NCBI GenBank assembly: GCA_002189035.1
Contig: NEEC01000017.1
Coordinates: 372,001 to 436,000 of the forward strand
Length of the DNA: 64,000 bases
Direction: 5' to 3'
DNA from: Utricularia gibba
Taxonomy: Eukaryota > Plantae > Magnoliophyta
Notes under the pieces: model-generated
Told to the model about the DNA's origin: nothing
The model's database searches: none
What the model saw: the letters and a program-made list of their open reading frames with translations, nothing else
Position numbers and translations under genes: made by a program
Shown: in pieces, positions 13,600-30,166 of the stretch
How the letters are laid out: each line of letters starts with the position of its first letter
Position numbering within the stretch: position 1 is the first letter of the stretch

Positions 13600-14200
13600 T
13601 ATGGTAAAGATCAATCATTTCTACTTCTTGTTGAATACTCCAATTTATGCTATATTAGTTGATGCATACCGACAATCATGCTCCTAATGTTTATATATCT
13701 TGTTTCATCCGACATCTATATTGGCAAACACAACTCACTTGTTGGACTTTACGTTTGGACATGAATTTATTTTGAACATTATCTGAAGAAGCCCACTTCC
13801 TTCAACATGTGTCAATTAGAATAAGATGGGGTTATGCTATATTAAAGGGAAGATCAGATTGTTGATATTTTTACGAAACCACTAAACAATGCAACATTTA
13901 TTGAGTTAATAATTTTGTTGGGAACGAAGAAGAGTTCGAGCTTGGGGAGGGATGGTGGAAATCAAGCATGCAACCTCTTCTCTTGTCGTGGAAGTTGATG
14001 CTGATTTGGAAGATGAAGTTTATCAATTCAGGTTCTTATGTTTCGGATAAAACCAGCAGGAAGTTATTGTTCAGAAATCTACAAATATTTGCTGATGAAA
14101 TTACGTTGAATGCTCTCAAAAGACACCTTCTCCAGTTCATTAGCCTCTATAAGAATGCATAATTGGATTTTATGTAAGTGCTTACTGTAGCAACCCCATT
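13600..14200 (+). mobile_element. Ty1/copia RNase H C-terminus, PPT and start of a 3' LTR
   Basis: EDQIVDIFTKPL at 13849-13884 (copia EDQLADIFTKPL motif). Purine tract GAGCTTGGGGAGGGA is followed by TGGTGGAAATC at 13953. The end of the LTR was not defined. Confidence 0.6.
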
Positions 14201-14959
14201 ATAAAGTCAGGACATGTACACAGATCCTTCCGCCACTACCTGGTTTGCTGGTTTTTCACGTGGGCCACGGGAAGAGAGGTATTAGAGAGATGGTGGCTAG
14301 AGAATGAGCCAATACCATACTGAGTCAACGTTTTAAAAAATCACTTCAAAATTAATTTTAACAAAATCGAAAATTCTAATAAAATGAGAATTGATATATA
14401 TAGAAGTTTTTTTAAAAAAATGATTATTAAAAATAATTACTATTTAGAGTGGGAAAAAATAAAAAGTGATTTTTGTAAGTAAATTATATATTTACCTCCT
14501 AATAATCATATTTTATAAATTTATTTAAATGAAACATATATATAACATCAATATTTATCATACTATTAACTAATTATATGAAAATTAACTTGAAAAATTC
14601 ACAAAAGGAAAGCATACGATGGTCCCTACTCAAGAACCGAAGACTTGCACTACCTAAATGGAAAAATGCTACCAACTCAAAAAATCATTACATTAGTTCA
14701 AGAAAATGATGCATTGAGGAGAAGGGAAAAGAAAATTTTATTTTGATCGTTAAAATCAATTATTCTTATGTTGTTAATTGAAAATTTATAAAACCCTATC
14801 CCATATAAGTAGAATAATTTTTTTAAAAAATAAAAATTAGTATTTATTTTTAAAAAATGATATTACTTGTAATTATGTATTAATAAAAAGAATATAAGAG
14901 TAAAGTCATTTCATAAAGTCAATTTTTTTTTAAAAAAAAAGTTTCTATTAAAAGCTACA

Positions 14960-15070
14960 CATACATGTTTCTTTGAGAATTAATTTGATTTTCAAAAATC
15001 AATTTTCATAGAAAATAATCAAATATATGTTTGAAATATACAATCAGTTTTACAAGAATAGAATTGAATT
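14960..15070. repeat. Dispersed AT-rich repeat (probable MITE fragment), second copy at ~61190-61300
   Basis: GATTTTCAAAAATCAATTTTCATAGAAAATAATCAAAT vs GATTTTTAAAAATCAATTCTTATAGAAAATAATCATAT, plus a shared AATAGAATTGA. Confidence 0.45.
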
Positions 15071-15861
15071 TAATATATTGGTTTCAAATAAGCTGTGAGT
15101 TGCACAACCCAGCCTCCACTTATGAAACGCAATTTTGCCGTGTAATGCATGCTGTCCTGTGCTTTCTTTCTGCCTCAACACCCATCACCTTCAATGGGTG
15201 AACAACGCTTCACGGCATTGGTATCAGATAAAAAAATGCTAATACATTTATATATAGCGAGAGTCATTTGACATTTTTACCCTTCAATTCTCTTTCCAGG
15301 TTCTTCAATCTCCTCTAACGCGTTTAAGCTTGAAATCTTTTAGTTGTCATCTTCACTTTCTCATAACCCTCTTTAAGGTCCATTGTCATGGAGATTTTGT
15401 TTGAAATATTCCTCTCCTTGTTTGAATTTGCATGCTACTGTTTCCTTTTCATACATGAAAAACAAGCATATAGTCTTTTCTTTTTTTATTTACAATAAAA
15501 AAATGATAAAAATATAATTTTATTTTTACACAAATGAAACCTCTAAAACATATTTATCATCTCATCTATGCATCCTTGTCCCGTTTACATATCGTTATTA
15601 AAATATTTGAATCTAAAAAAGTGTTGGGGATGTGAAATGAGGAGGCCGGTTTGTGTTCAAGATGATTTGAATCTTCAATGTTGAGGGCTTGAAAATTGCC
15701 CGCCTGCGCAGCGTCACGAATCGTTCGTCAAGCCAGCTTCCATTTCCATTGTCTTCTGATCACATTCCTCCAAGACCTCTAGTTTTATTTAGTCAACAAT
15801 CGCGGACATGCCTGCCTCTGCTGCCCTGAATAAACCTCCTCCATTATGCATTTGTTACGCT

Positions 15862-15868
15862 TATAAAA
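15862..15868 (+). promoter_or_regulatory. TATA box of peroxidase copy 1
   Basis: TATAAAA followed by ...CACCATGCAGAACCAT, resembling TATAAAT...CACCATGCAAAAAACAT upstream of copy 3. Confidence 0.55.
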
Positions 15869-15936
15869 GGGACCACCCACACCATGCAGAACCATTACAT
15901 TGTTTTTAATTGTACTGTTTGGTTGGAATAGAGTAA

Positions 15937-16771
<835 letters not shown>

Positions 16772-18576
16772 TCATGGATCCTTTTTTATATGAATTACAT
16801 TTTCATATTCCGAGTGTCATGTACCACCCCCACCCCCACCACCCTCCATGATCTTTTTTGTTATTTATATGATTTTATCAGAAAAAAAATGAACCAGTTC
16901 TAATAAATTCTGTTGCCTGGCGTGAGAGCGACACTGACAATGACACGCCTGTGACTTTTGACCCACCACTACAAGGTCAAACGGCTGGAAATTAAAAAGG
17001 CACTCAGCGACACGTCCATTGACTACATTGAAATAAATTCCTTGTTTCAAAATAATTACAATTCATATAAATGAAATGAGACCTACAAGTCACAGAATTT
17101 AAAAACCTCAACAATTTGAAAAAAAAAAAAAAACTCTTATTACATCTGATATAATGTAAAAAAAAAGGGGAACAAACTTATTAGCATATAATTCTAATGA
17201 TTTTATGTTATTTTTTTAAAAAAAGTAATATAAAATTAAGGTAATCTATTTGACTCAATTGTCCACTTAATTTCTTCATTGAAAGCATGCTCTAAACATC
17301 ATCATTTACTCAAGTTTTATATTCATACCAAATATCATATTTTACACTTTACATTTTTCTTATATAATATTATTTACTTTAAATGTGTCATGTTCATTTA
17401 CAGGGAAAAAGTTATATACAAAATAGAATGATTATTTTATTTAAACATATTTATTCATCATCCAAACATTACATCTTACATTCTCCCTCACTTTAGTTGC
17501 TTAATGCCTTCGTTGATTGCATGTTCCACCATCATCATATATTTTGATTGGCTCTAATATCAAATATCACAATCTATATTTCTATTATGTGATATTGTAC
17601 ACATCATATATTTATTTCTAATGTTTTTTATATTTTTATTATTTAAAAATAATTAATTAAAATGTAGTTATTGAGATTTATATTTAAAAGAAAATAATTG
17701 GAAAAAGATTTTCGTACTTGAGATATAAGGAATCAATAAATTTTAATTGCAATATTAATTTAGAGTTTATAATGTTCTTTCCGTGCAATTTAGGAGGTGG
17801 GCTTACAAACGTATTTAGTGTCCGCAGCCCACGTGGTAAACGGTGGGCCCCCAACAAGCAAGTACAATTACAAATCTCTCCTTACCCATTGAGATCTCGA
17901 TATGTGGCGAAAAGGGCCCACACTAATTTTTACGCCACCCAGGTAAGCGGTATATGTCTCACTGTCAAGAGCTTTTCTTTTTTGATTTATTTTTTTTGAG
18001 ATGAAAACTTTGCTTTCATTTTTTTTTTTGACGTGATGAAAGTGGAGACTGAAAGTACAGAAATCTGTGTGCGGTTTCCGTAAACTGCTCTATCCTACTC
18101 CACTACCACCTGCCTTCCATCGCTCTCCTTCAGTCGCTCGCGTTTTCTGTACGGTAAGACCATCTGCTCTCTCGGGAGCCATGAAGGCATGAAGACGACT
18201 ACTTTTCTTTTTTTTTTTTCTAATCTGTTACGTCTGCCTGTGCTTTCCGGGATTTGTTCTTTGTAGCAAGAGTGGCTTCAGGTTCTAGTTTCTTCATGTT
18301 TCGCTTCAAAATTATATGAATCAAATTTGTTTAAGTATTTATATTATTATAGGGTAGTCGGGTCTGTGATGTTTCAACTTCGACGATGCTGGACACTCTT
18401 GGTGTTTGTCGACAACCATCAGCAATGCCTCTGTGGTTCACTTTGGCGGATCTGACGCTCAGTTTTTTTTTACTTCTCTAAGTTTCAGTGGATTGCGTAG
18501 TTTGCAACATACCATAAACGAAGGGCCCAGCGTATTTGGTTTGTGTCTCGGCTGCTATTTTCAACGGTTCTGCACA

Positions 18577-19747
18577 ATGCCAACGCTGCAGAGACTTTAT
18601 AATGCTTGCATAGCGTCGCTCACACCCAACGGCCCTATTTCAGATGAAGGTCTTGAAAAGGTTCGCAGTTTATTAGGTAAGTTCTCCTCCCCATGGGACC
18701 TTATTTCAGTAAGTTGTTTTAATGTATGTTTTAGGAACTTCACCAATATACAACATTTTTAGCTGATCACAAACCGTGGCATTGACAGTGTTACTGAAGA
18801 AGTATTCCTCATTTGAATGTGTCAATGTTCTTCACTCATCAATGAATTAATCGGAATTAAATCAACTTTAATCCTAATTGGAATTCTTTCGTCTTCTGAT
18901 GTTTACATCAGGAAAAATCAAGCCTTTGGATGTTGGTCTTGAGAAAGAAGCTCAAATGGTACGGAAATGGGAGGGAACCGTGTGTGCCTCTGATGAAGTT
19001 CCTCACCCAATGCCTCCATTAACTTACCTACATGTGCACGAGTGTGACAGCTTCTCCGTAAGTTTCTGCTCCATCAGTCAGTCTTTCAACTTGCCTTGAG
19101 TTAATATGAACTTGAAAATATCATTGCCCAATGTAGATTGGAATATTTTGTATGCCACCTTCCTCGGTCATTCCCTTACATCATCATCCTGGGATGACGG
19201 TGCTCACCAAGCTGCTGTATGGCTCGCTATGTGTAACATCCTACGACTGGATCAACGTCCCTGGTTCATGCTATTCATCATATGGTTGAAAACATGCATT
19301 TTCCCTACTTATTCTATAGTTATGTTGGGCTGAAAGCTGAAGCGTTGTGATGTTTGCAGCAACAAGACCTGCGAAAGTTGTCAAAGACTGTGAGATGATG
19401 GATCCTTGTGGCACAGCGGTTCTTTATCCAACTACTGGTGGTAACATTCACAGCTTCAAGGCGGTTACTCCCTGCGCAATTTTTGACATCCTTTCACCAC
19501 CGTACTCTTCCCGGGAAGGACGTGACTGTAATTATTTTAAAAGATCTTCAGCTGATCTTCCGGGTAATAATCATGGACCTTGAACTTCCAGGTAAAAACA
19601 CAGCATCTTACCTCTGCGCTTTAAATAGGCAGGCTTGAGATGCAAGAGGGAACAGTGTACGATGTAACTTGGTTGGAAGAATGCGACCCTCCACAAGACT
19701 TTATCGTAAGAAGAGGGGTGTACCACGGCATGGTTCCTAAAATGTGA
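18577..19747 (+). CDS. PCO: Plant cysteine oxidase (PCO4/5-like thiol dioxygenase), 238 aa, 5 exons
   Basis: Exons 18577-18676, 18912-19057, 19137-19284, 19360-19563, 19629-19747, all GT-AG, total 717 bp in frame. Motifs [69 protein letters not shown]. Confidence 0.93.
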
Positions 19748-20066
19748 AATGGAATTTTTGGACCAGGTTTCCCTCTAATACGATGAGCTCAGCTCTTCGG
19801 GAAAGAAAAGTTGCTTCGGCTGGCAGTCTCTCCTGGAAATGTTGTCTTTTGAGCTCCAAAAATAATGATTGAAATGAATGTGGATGCACAAGTTTCTTAC
19901 AGTCATAACTCTTTTTGTTTTCATTTAACAGAATCCAACAGTTCTTTACAACGTCTGCCAAAACTTTCCACAAGCCCTGTTAGCTGCCCTGACGATATAC
20001 AACACTTGTGTCTGCAAATGTAAATGTGAATTCTAGAAATCAAATAGTCGTACGGACACGTGCACT

Positions 20067-21701
20067 CTACACGAATTCCTGGTTGTGGGACTGCAGTTTG
20101 AAGCCATTACGGTTTGTTGCAGAGGCATTCTTGGATATTGAAGGCAAAGTACGGAACAGCCAGGAATCTGTTGGAGATTTGGGTAGAGGAGGAGTGACAG
20201 GAAGCACTGAATATTTTTCCTGCAGCTTCTTCACTGTTAGTGGTCTCTGCGGTGCCCCTACTGAATCATTTGAATCTGACGCCGTCTGCTGCTTGGGAAA
20301 CAATATGTGCTTCTCTTTGGCGATTTCAAAGGTTTCCACATCTTCCCAAGCGACGGTCTTGATGTCTTCAGCTGGAGAATCTGCTGCATCCATCTGATTC
20401 ATCCTCTTCACAACAACTATCTCTTCCTCTCCATCTCTTGAAACAAGACCACTGTCATGTGAATCTGAGGAGAAAGAACTCCGAGTCTCCACGTTCCGCA
20501 CAGCATCAACATAAACAGTCCTTTCACCCACGACACTCCCTGAATCTGACACTTCCTCATTGACTTTCTCTTTAGAGGTTTTAGCCTCCTCAGTCCCTCT
20601 GCTTTTGGAATTGCTTGGATGTTTAGGGTGCTCACTGATGCCCTTGGAGAGAAGATTGTGGATATCTCCAGCCTGATTCATGGAATGAACAGAGGCGGAG
20701 TGAGGCCTTGTTCGAGTAGCTGGAGAAAAAGGTCCCCTCATCCTCACACTCGAACCAGGAAGAGGTTTTACGCAGAGTGAGCCTTTCAAAGTCCTGGGAA
20801 GCATACCACAACCTTGTGGCATACAAACATGCTGATGATAATATGCTTCTTCATTTTCCACCTCTTTTTCCTCCCCGACTTCATCCTTGCCAAAAAGGGA
20901 GTACCGCTTGGTGAAACTAGGCCCATATCTGAGTGTAGGTTTAAGAGCTGATTGCTTCCCTTGTTGTGATGCTTCTCTAGGTGATGATAGTTTTCTCTGT
21001 GAATACTTTGACTTTTCGGAAGCTAATGCTTTTGCCGCCGGAAGAAACCTCTCCATCAACTCCTGAGCTTGTAGATCAGTCGAATAGTTTCCTTGGGAAG
21101 TATTATCATCAAGATCATCCAATCCAGTGAAGTGACTCATACTGCAATTCAAATAAGACGATCCCGATATGGATAAGGTATCACGCGCATCCACAAATTC
21201 CTCTTCACAATCCCCTGGACTCGAGCTCTTTCTTTCTCCAGTCATCTCTTTGCTCTTCGTAACGTCTTTCATCTCTTCATTAAGAGATGATCTCATGGAC
21301 CCAAAAAGCGATTTTGCAGTTTCATCATCCTTTCTTTCTGAAGCTTTCACATGGGGAGAATCAATTCGATGAGCTATGGAACTTCTGCCTGGAGGAAGCT
21401 TAGGAGCAACTTGATTTTGGGGAAGCTTAGGAGCCACTTGATTTTGGAGTTGTGGTTTGTTAATCACTTTCGGCTGTCCAGGACTCTGCTCCCATACAAA
21501 AGGAACAGTTCCAGGATCTCCAATGGGTCCAGATTTCAGCTCCGATTTGTATTGTGGAAGTCGAGGAATGGAAAATGCAGCAGAACTGTTGATTCTCCTA
21601 ACATCAACACCATATCTCTCTGAAGAAACTCCAGAGGATGAAGGCTGCTGTCTTCTAATTGACAAGAGGGGCTTGTTCAAATCAATTTTCTTGTCATCCA
21701 T
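20067..21701 (-). CDS. DUF688-family protein, single coding exon, about 544 aa
   Basis: Open frame from MDDKKIDLNKPLLSIRR, with GPIGDPGTVPFVWEQSPGQPK, MERFLPAAKALA and C-terminal PPLPKSPTDSWLFRTLP, which are typical DUF688 blocks. A short upstream coding exon cannot be excluded. Confidence 0.85.
   Translation of the reverse strand: MDDKKIDLNKPLLSIRRQQPSSSGVSSERYGVDVRRINSSAAFSIPRLPQYKSELKSGPIGDPGTVPFVWEQSPGQPKVINKPQLQNQVAPKLPQNQVAPKLPPGRSSIAHRIDSPHVKASERKDDETAKSLFGSMRSSLNEEMKDVTKSKEMTGERKSSSPGDCEEEFVDARDTLSISGSSYLNCSMSHFTGLDDLDDNTSQGNYSTDLQAQELMERFLPAAKALASEKSKYSQRKLSSPREASQQGKQSALKPTLRYGPSFTKRYSLFGKDEVGEEKEVENEEAYYHQHVCMPQGCGMLPRTLKGSLCVKPLPGSSVRMRGPFSPATRTRPHSASVHSMNQAGDIHNLLSKGISEHPKHPSNSKSRGTEEAKTSKEKVNEEVSDSGSVVGERTVYVDAVRNVETRSSFSSDSHDSGLVSRDGEEEIVVVKRMNQMDAADSPAEDIKTVAWEDVETFEIAKEKHILFPKQQTASDSNDSVGAPQRPLTVKKLQEKYSVLPVTPPLPKSPTDSWLFRTLPSISKNASATNRNGFKLQSHNQEFV
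21394..21447 (-). repeat. 27-bp tandem duplication in the DUF688 CDS (QNQVAPKLP x2)
   Basis: GGAAGCTTAGGAGCAACTTGATTTTGG and GGAAGCTTAGGAGCCACTTGATTTTGG, differing by one synonymous change. Confidence 0.95.
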
Positions 21702-23227
21702 TAGATCCTTTCCTGGGACATTTGAGAACACCAAATGAGCTTCCGTTCAAGAAGTAAACGTACAAAGAAGAAAGAAAACTGAAAAAGTCGTTTACCAACA
21801 ACGAAGAAAGCAGACACAGTGAAGTGAACCTTTTCACGGTTTTGTGCTGATGAATCTACTAATGTTGCGACAGTCGAATTAGAGTAAAAGGCATCAGCGA
21901 CTGGAAAAATGATCTCTCAGTATTCCAGCTTTTTAGTACACCTGCATAACGATACACAGAACAACTGAAATCCAAAGGAATTGAGGAGTACAGGCGCAAA
22001 GATCTTCAGTTTCAAGAAAACTCCAGAGCATAAGCAAGGCCCTACACTAGATTTTATAATGCATCTCGATACGTTTTTCTGCTTCCATCAAACGAACCAT
22101 CATGATTCCCTAACGCACACATATAAACAAAAAAAAAAAAAAAAAAAACTCCAAGAAGCAATTTGGACAACGAGGAAACACTGATCGTCGGACAGGCGAC
22201 TCTTTTAATCACCGAAACCTGCTATTCCATGGGGTTTCTTCATCCTGGCAAGCACAATAACTGCTCATGTCTACCCACATTTATTGTACCTGAGAAGTTT
22301 GAAGCAGGTGACAGCGATACTGATTGCACAGATACCCAGAGACGGATTCATGATAAGAAGAAAACATTAAAGTCGCCAGCATACCGAGACAAGGAGAAAC
22401 TAGAAAAATCGTCCCTTTATGCTTAACTTGGAGTAGCAAATTTGGGTTGTGGATACCCAGAATGAATCCATACTCAGCACCCCTTTTGAGAATCCGTTTT
22501 CGTGAACACGTGATGAAGCTCCAGCAACACCCCAAAAGGTACCCACTCACTCTCGCACCACACTTGTCCTCCATCCCTTTGTCGGGAAGGAAAAGTGTGA
22601 AAACAATGACCCTTTTTTCTTGATTTTCTTGATGCTGAAGGTGACCGTTACTCTCCATTCCTCCATTTATTTTACGTGTTGCATCTTGCTACAGAGATTA
22701 ACACCACGTGACATTTTAATTCTTTTTTTTTTTGTGGTCTGAAATTGAATAAAGAAAGATGTGTGACAACATTGTGAGTGCTTCGTTTCACTTATATTAT
22801 TTATGATGATTATTTTATATCATTTAAATTATTATAATCACACTTTTCCGTACTTATTTTTTTACATGTAAAGAAATTTAATGGATTAAATTAAATTAAA
22901 CACCAAGATAGTAAGATTAATAAAATGATTGATTATGGTTAAATACATAAATACACATTTATAATGATGGGGTAATTCTATAAATTATTTATATTTATTA
23001 AACATCTCATTTTATCAATTTTACTTTTTATACAAATAAAAACAACCATCCCCATTTATGATTAATAGCTATAAATTAAACACAACACCCTAATTGTTTG
23101 TTAGTTATTTTAAGATGAAAATTAATTTTATTTTAAATTGAAGCAATGCATTTGACCCCAAGGAAGGGCTGCTCATTTTTTTCCCCAGCACAAACAATGA
23201 ACCATTCAAAGCACACGGATATCAATT

Positions 23228-24338
<1,111 letters not shown>

Positions 24339-25330
24339 TGCTGAATACATTGCAGGTTTCGTATGGGTTTCCTTTCTATTTATAACCACAGAGGATTGCT
24401 TAGAAATCCAAAATTTTCAATCTTTGCTGCTGCAGCAATAACAACTCAACTCCCGCGTGCTGACTTTAATTGGAAGCAGGTACTCACAAGTCAGTATTCG
24501 GACAAGAAACCGGGTTCCACTTTTTAGTATAATAACTAAATAAAGCCCAAACATCTCCGAGTTCATGGATTTTATTGTCCTTAAGTCCAACGGGTTGGTT
24601 GTTCAAGTCGGAAAAAAATTCATTTTCCAATGGCAATGCTGACAAGTATATCAATCTTGGTGTAGCATTTTTTAGTCTTTGATGCTGTATGAAAATGATC
24701 TGTCCCCCACATATATATATATTATTAAAATTGTGAATTTTGAAAATTATTAGTATCATTAATTTTAGTCAATTAAAAAGAAAATTTTTAATATAATAAA
24801 TATCAATATAACCTTTTTCTAAGGGATTTGACGTCATAACAAGAAATATAACTTCGTGACCAAACCATTTTCATTAATTAAAAGATTAAACAATTCATGT
24901 CTACATATAATGAAGTGTTTTAAAATCCGGAGTTTAACTCGATATTAGATCCAATTCAATCTAAATCTATGATTTGTTGGAATTAATTCAGTAATTTTTA
25001 TAAATAATAAAACATTATGAAATTTAGAAATATTAAATTTTGATATTCTTTTTTTTTTTCATAATACTTTTACAATGTAGAAAGATCAATTCAATGCAAA
25101 ATGATGAGTAAATTCAAAAAACGTGTTGAATCTTATTTTAAAACATTTTTATTGTTATTATAATGATATTGGGGATGAGTTGTAGCGATCAGGTGACATT
25201 GCTTGCAACAAAATAGGAGTGAGTACAAGCAAGGCAATGAAGGAAGAAGATGCAAATGCCAATACCATAAGGAAAACCGCAATCAAACGGTGTGCGATCT
25301 CTGCTTTGAGATTCAGAAGCACTTGGCGTT

Positions 25331-26461
<1,131 letters not shown>

Positions 26462-29203
26462 TGCTAATTGCAATTGCCAAGAGAATTCAAGGATGCCACT
26501 GATTTGTATTGCGATCAAATGGCTTATGTTTTTTGCATGGTGCTCATGGCCATTTATAGGCACAAAAGGATACCTCTAGAGGATCGTAAAGCAACAGTTT
26601 CCGCGTAGAGGGTGAATTTTTGATCGTTGACATGAAATGGGCAGGTAACCAATCTTCTGACCACGAAAACAAATGTCAAAAGCTGTCTGAATTGCATCCC
26701 AAAAAGAAGGGAGGATTAGGCAACGGTTCCGTTGCAAGAAAGGTATCCAAAATTCAACCCACTCGTTCATATAAAAAACTTTCAGGGCAACGATTGGGTT
26801 GAACGCTCAACTGTTACATTTGAAAATGACGGGTTTGGTTTAGAAAGTGATTCCCATATGACTAAGAGCCAGAAGATAAGGATCCCTTGACTCAACCAAC
26901 CCCCGCACCGACGTCCACAGGCCACCTCCAAAACCAGTTCAAGAATCGTGCAGAAATCACCCTCCAAAATCCTTGACGGATGGATTGAACGGAAAAAGAG
27001 TAGTGATGGGTCGAGTACCACGCACCCATACAAGGCGTGAGCCGGGCCGTTTCTTAAGGCCATTGGATGGATCCGATACGAATGTTGTATTCTGGTTATA
27101 AACCCTTTTGTAAACTACCTGCTACTTGTTAAATACAAAAAACTTGTACTATATACTTATGATTTACTCCATTTTTTCTCTCTCCAAATTCATTGGTACA
27201 AGTTATATTTCCCGACCTAGCATGGGTGTGTGGTTTCTTTTCCGAAAAAAGTTGGGGAATTAGATAAAAGAGAGGATACTTTTTCGGGAAACGTAGTTTT
27301 TGAAAAATAGTAAAAAAAAATTATGGACGGACAGTTGGACACCCCACGTGAGCAGGTACGGAAAGTTCCAACAGCAGCTGCGGGACCCAGAAGAGCGTCG
27401 TTAAATTATGTAAAAGTTACCGCGTATATAAATTATGAAAGCGGGCATGTTCAAAGGAACTGTGGAGGGTGGCCACGTGTCGGCTGCGGAGGCGCATGTT
27501 GCCTGTGGACGGGGGTGGCTTTCGTGCGCCTCCTCGCTCCCTCCCTCCCTCCATCCATTCCTTGTATTGAAATGACAACCACAAAATTATTGCTGCCACT
27601 TTGAAAGGGAGCTTTGACCCGCCAGTACAATCAATTTTCTATATATATAAAGTCCAGCAGTTTGCACGCAATTTTTGCCCATGTTTGGAAAAAAAGTCAG
27701 TTTTATTTTAATAATTGATTCTCTCTTTTTATCAACATTGATCTAAAATTATACACATATTTTTTACGAATAATTTCAAATAATTTTGTTTTTTAAAAGA
27801 AACTATTGACATATTTTCATTTTGAAATTAAATTTTTAATAATAGTAAAGTATTATAATAATAAAAAATATAATTTATGTATATATTTAATATTTGTATA
27901 ATATAAATGATTTATAAAATATGATTTTTTTTATTTTATGAATTTGTAAAATATGATTGTTTATAAATTCAGTTAATGTATTATTTACTTATAAAAACCA
28001 ATTTTTTATCCTAAATATGAATTAAATTTATTATAATATTTCAAAAAAATAATTTCAAGTATATATTAATCTTCATTTTATCAGATTTTTCATTATTATT
28101 ACTTTTAATTGAGGGTTAGAAGTAGAAATAATATCAAAGATGATATTAAGGAGGCATGATTCAATAAAAGAATGGTGTTTATATTTAAATAAAAACTCTA
28201 CCATGGGATTTATAAGGATTCAGGATACTGAATTTATTTAAACATACAAAAAACGTAAAGTAATTTAAAATTCTTATTTTAAACTCGCTTAATCAAATTA
28301 ATCAAATACTTTTGGATTAGACCTTTGTCTGGTGAGTAAATTAGGGTGTTGTGACTTAAGTTGTTTGGTATGATGTTTAAATTATATACGTAGTAGATAT
28401 TTAATACTTAAATTATTAACATATTCCCAATTCTTAATTTTATATTAATTGTGTTTCAGTAAATCTACTTGATTGGCAAAAATTCATCCAAATCTCCCTA
28501 AGAAAAATCCTGGTTGAAAAATAAACTTGAGCTTCCATAATCAAAGTTTTTTATTGGAAAATTAAGTAAAAATGCAATCACAAACCAAATTAATATATTT
28601 GTACTAAATCCAAGTACATCTGCATTATACCTATCAATCAAACATGTGCTTAGTTCATGTTTGATAGGTATGTCTACCTAAATGTTTAATCACACTGGTA
28701 CTGATAATAATGTTTATTTGATAGATGTGTCTTTTAAACAAGTGGGAGATTTCTAAACACAATTCCAATCAAGGTATTTTAAATTTCTTATTCTAGGTGG
28801 ATATTACTATCCAAGCGAGATTTAATTTTTTATATTTATCAATTAATTTTATTTCCAATTTTCACAAATTTAATTTAACAAGAAACAAGACGTAAACCAA
28901 AAAGAATACAATAAAAATATAAACATAGAGACAACAAAAAAAAATATGATTTTTTTGAATGAAATATAAACTTAGACATAGGATTTATTTACTGACATTT
29001 AAACTATTGATTCTAAACATACATACTAAATACAAATTTGTAACACATGCATTAAACAAATTTTTAATTATAATTATATAATACTAGCCTATATAAAAAT
29101 AAAAATAAAAATATTTCAAAGGCTTACCCATGGCTCTTCACCCACAATTACTGGTGAATCGGTAGGATCTCGTCGGGCGACAACACCGCGACAACTGAAT
29201 GTG

Positions 29204-29466
29204 AAAATCGGTGGACGAAAGGGAAAACAAACGGTAATAAAGATTAGTAGTTATTGTTGGAAAAGTATATATTAGTAAATTCATATAAAATTTTTTTATA
29301 AACCCAATTTTATACCTACGTACTAAACATGTATTCATTTAAACCCAAATAATTTAAACCCATCAACCAAACACGATTTATACACTTTAAACCTATAAAA
29401 TCAAGTTACCTAAACTCAAATAAAATAAACCTGGGTTTAGGCAAAACCCAGCAATCAAACAATCAC
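29204..29466. mobile_element. Right arm of a Tourist/PIF-Harbinger-like MITE
   Basis: About 260-bp similarity to 62073-62328. Ends CCCAGCAATCAAACAATCAC followed by TTA. Its reverse complement matches the left TIR at 61427. Confidence 0.6.
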
Positions 29467-30166
29467 TTAATTATGTTTTTACCTTTATTGCATCTCAGCG
29501 ACGACCTGCCGACATGTGAAAATACATCTGGACGAGGTTGCAAATGGCAAGAAGAGAGAGGGGTTGGGGCTTAAAGTAGTATAAAGTTGAAATGCAGATG
29601 GTGGAGACAACTTAATTTGGGGAATCCTTCAGCATTACAATCATAAGATTCTACAAGATATCTGATATGTCGTCTGTCAATCATGGTGTTACAGAACACT
29701 GGCTTTTCTTATGGAGTTTGCATGCCTCCAACCATTATTGTGTTAAACTTCCGATGTTGGATTAGGTGGCGTTGATCCCCTCTGGAAGCATGTGTCGATG
29801 AGAATGCACGTCCTGCTTGGGGATGCATAATCAGCAGGGACACTGAGAAAGGGGATATGTGATTTTGGGTGGAAGGAGATTCAAGATCAAATTATGCATT
29901 AAGAGACAAATTAGAGTGGGAATTGAAAGAACGCATGTAGATGGAGTGGTACAAACAAAAGCACAGCAAAGCAAATTCATGGTCTGGCCCAGTTCACGTC
30001 AACTCACTCATCTCCGATTTGATCTTCTTTCATCTCCGCCTCCGGTTCTCCCTGTTTTTCCTGTTCCTTTTACCTTCCTTATTTAGCCGCCCGCCTCCGC
30101 CCAGGGCATAGCACCCTTCCTGACTTCCCGTGCACGCTCACAACACTGTTATCATCACTGCACTAC

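Noticed and set aside
20008-21738. Plus-strand ORFs opposite DUF688 (and similar antisense ORFs over the peroxidases, PEPC and MATE)
   Set aside because: Antisense shadows of GC-richer coding sequence with no independent motifs.
22281-22658. 125-aa ORF upstream of DUF688 as a separate gene or conserved uORF
   Set aside because: No recognisable domain. It probably spans the DUF688 5' leader and intron. Cannot be supported without transcript or ribosome-profiling data.
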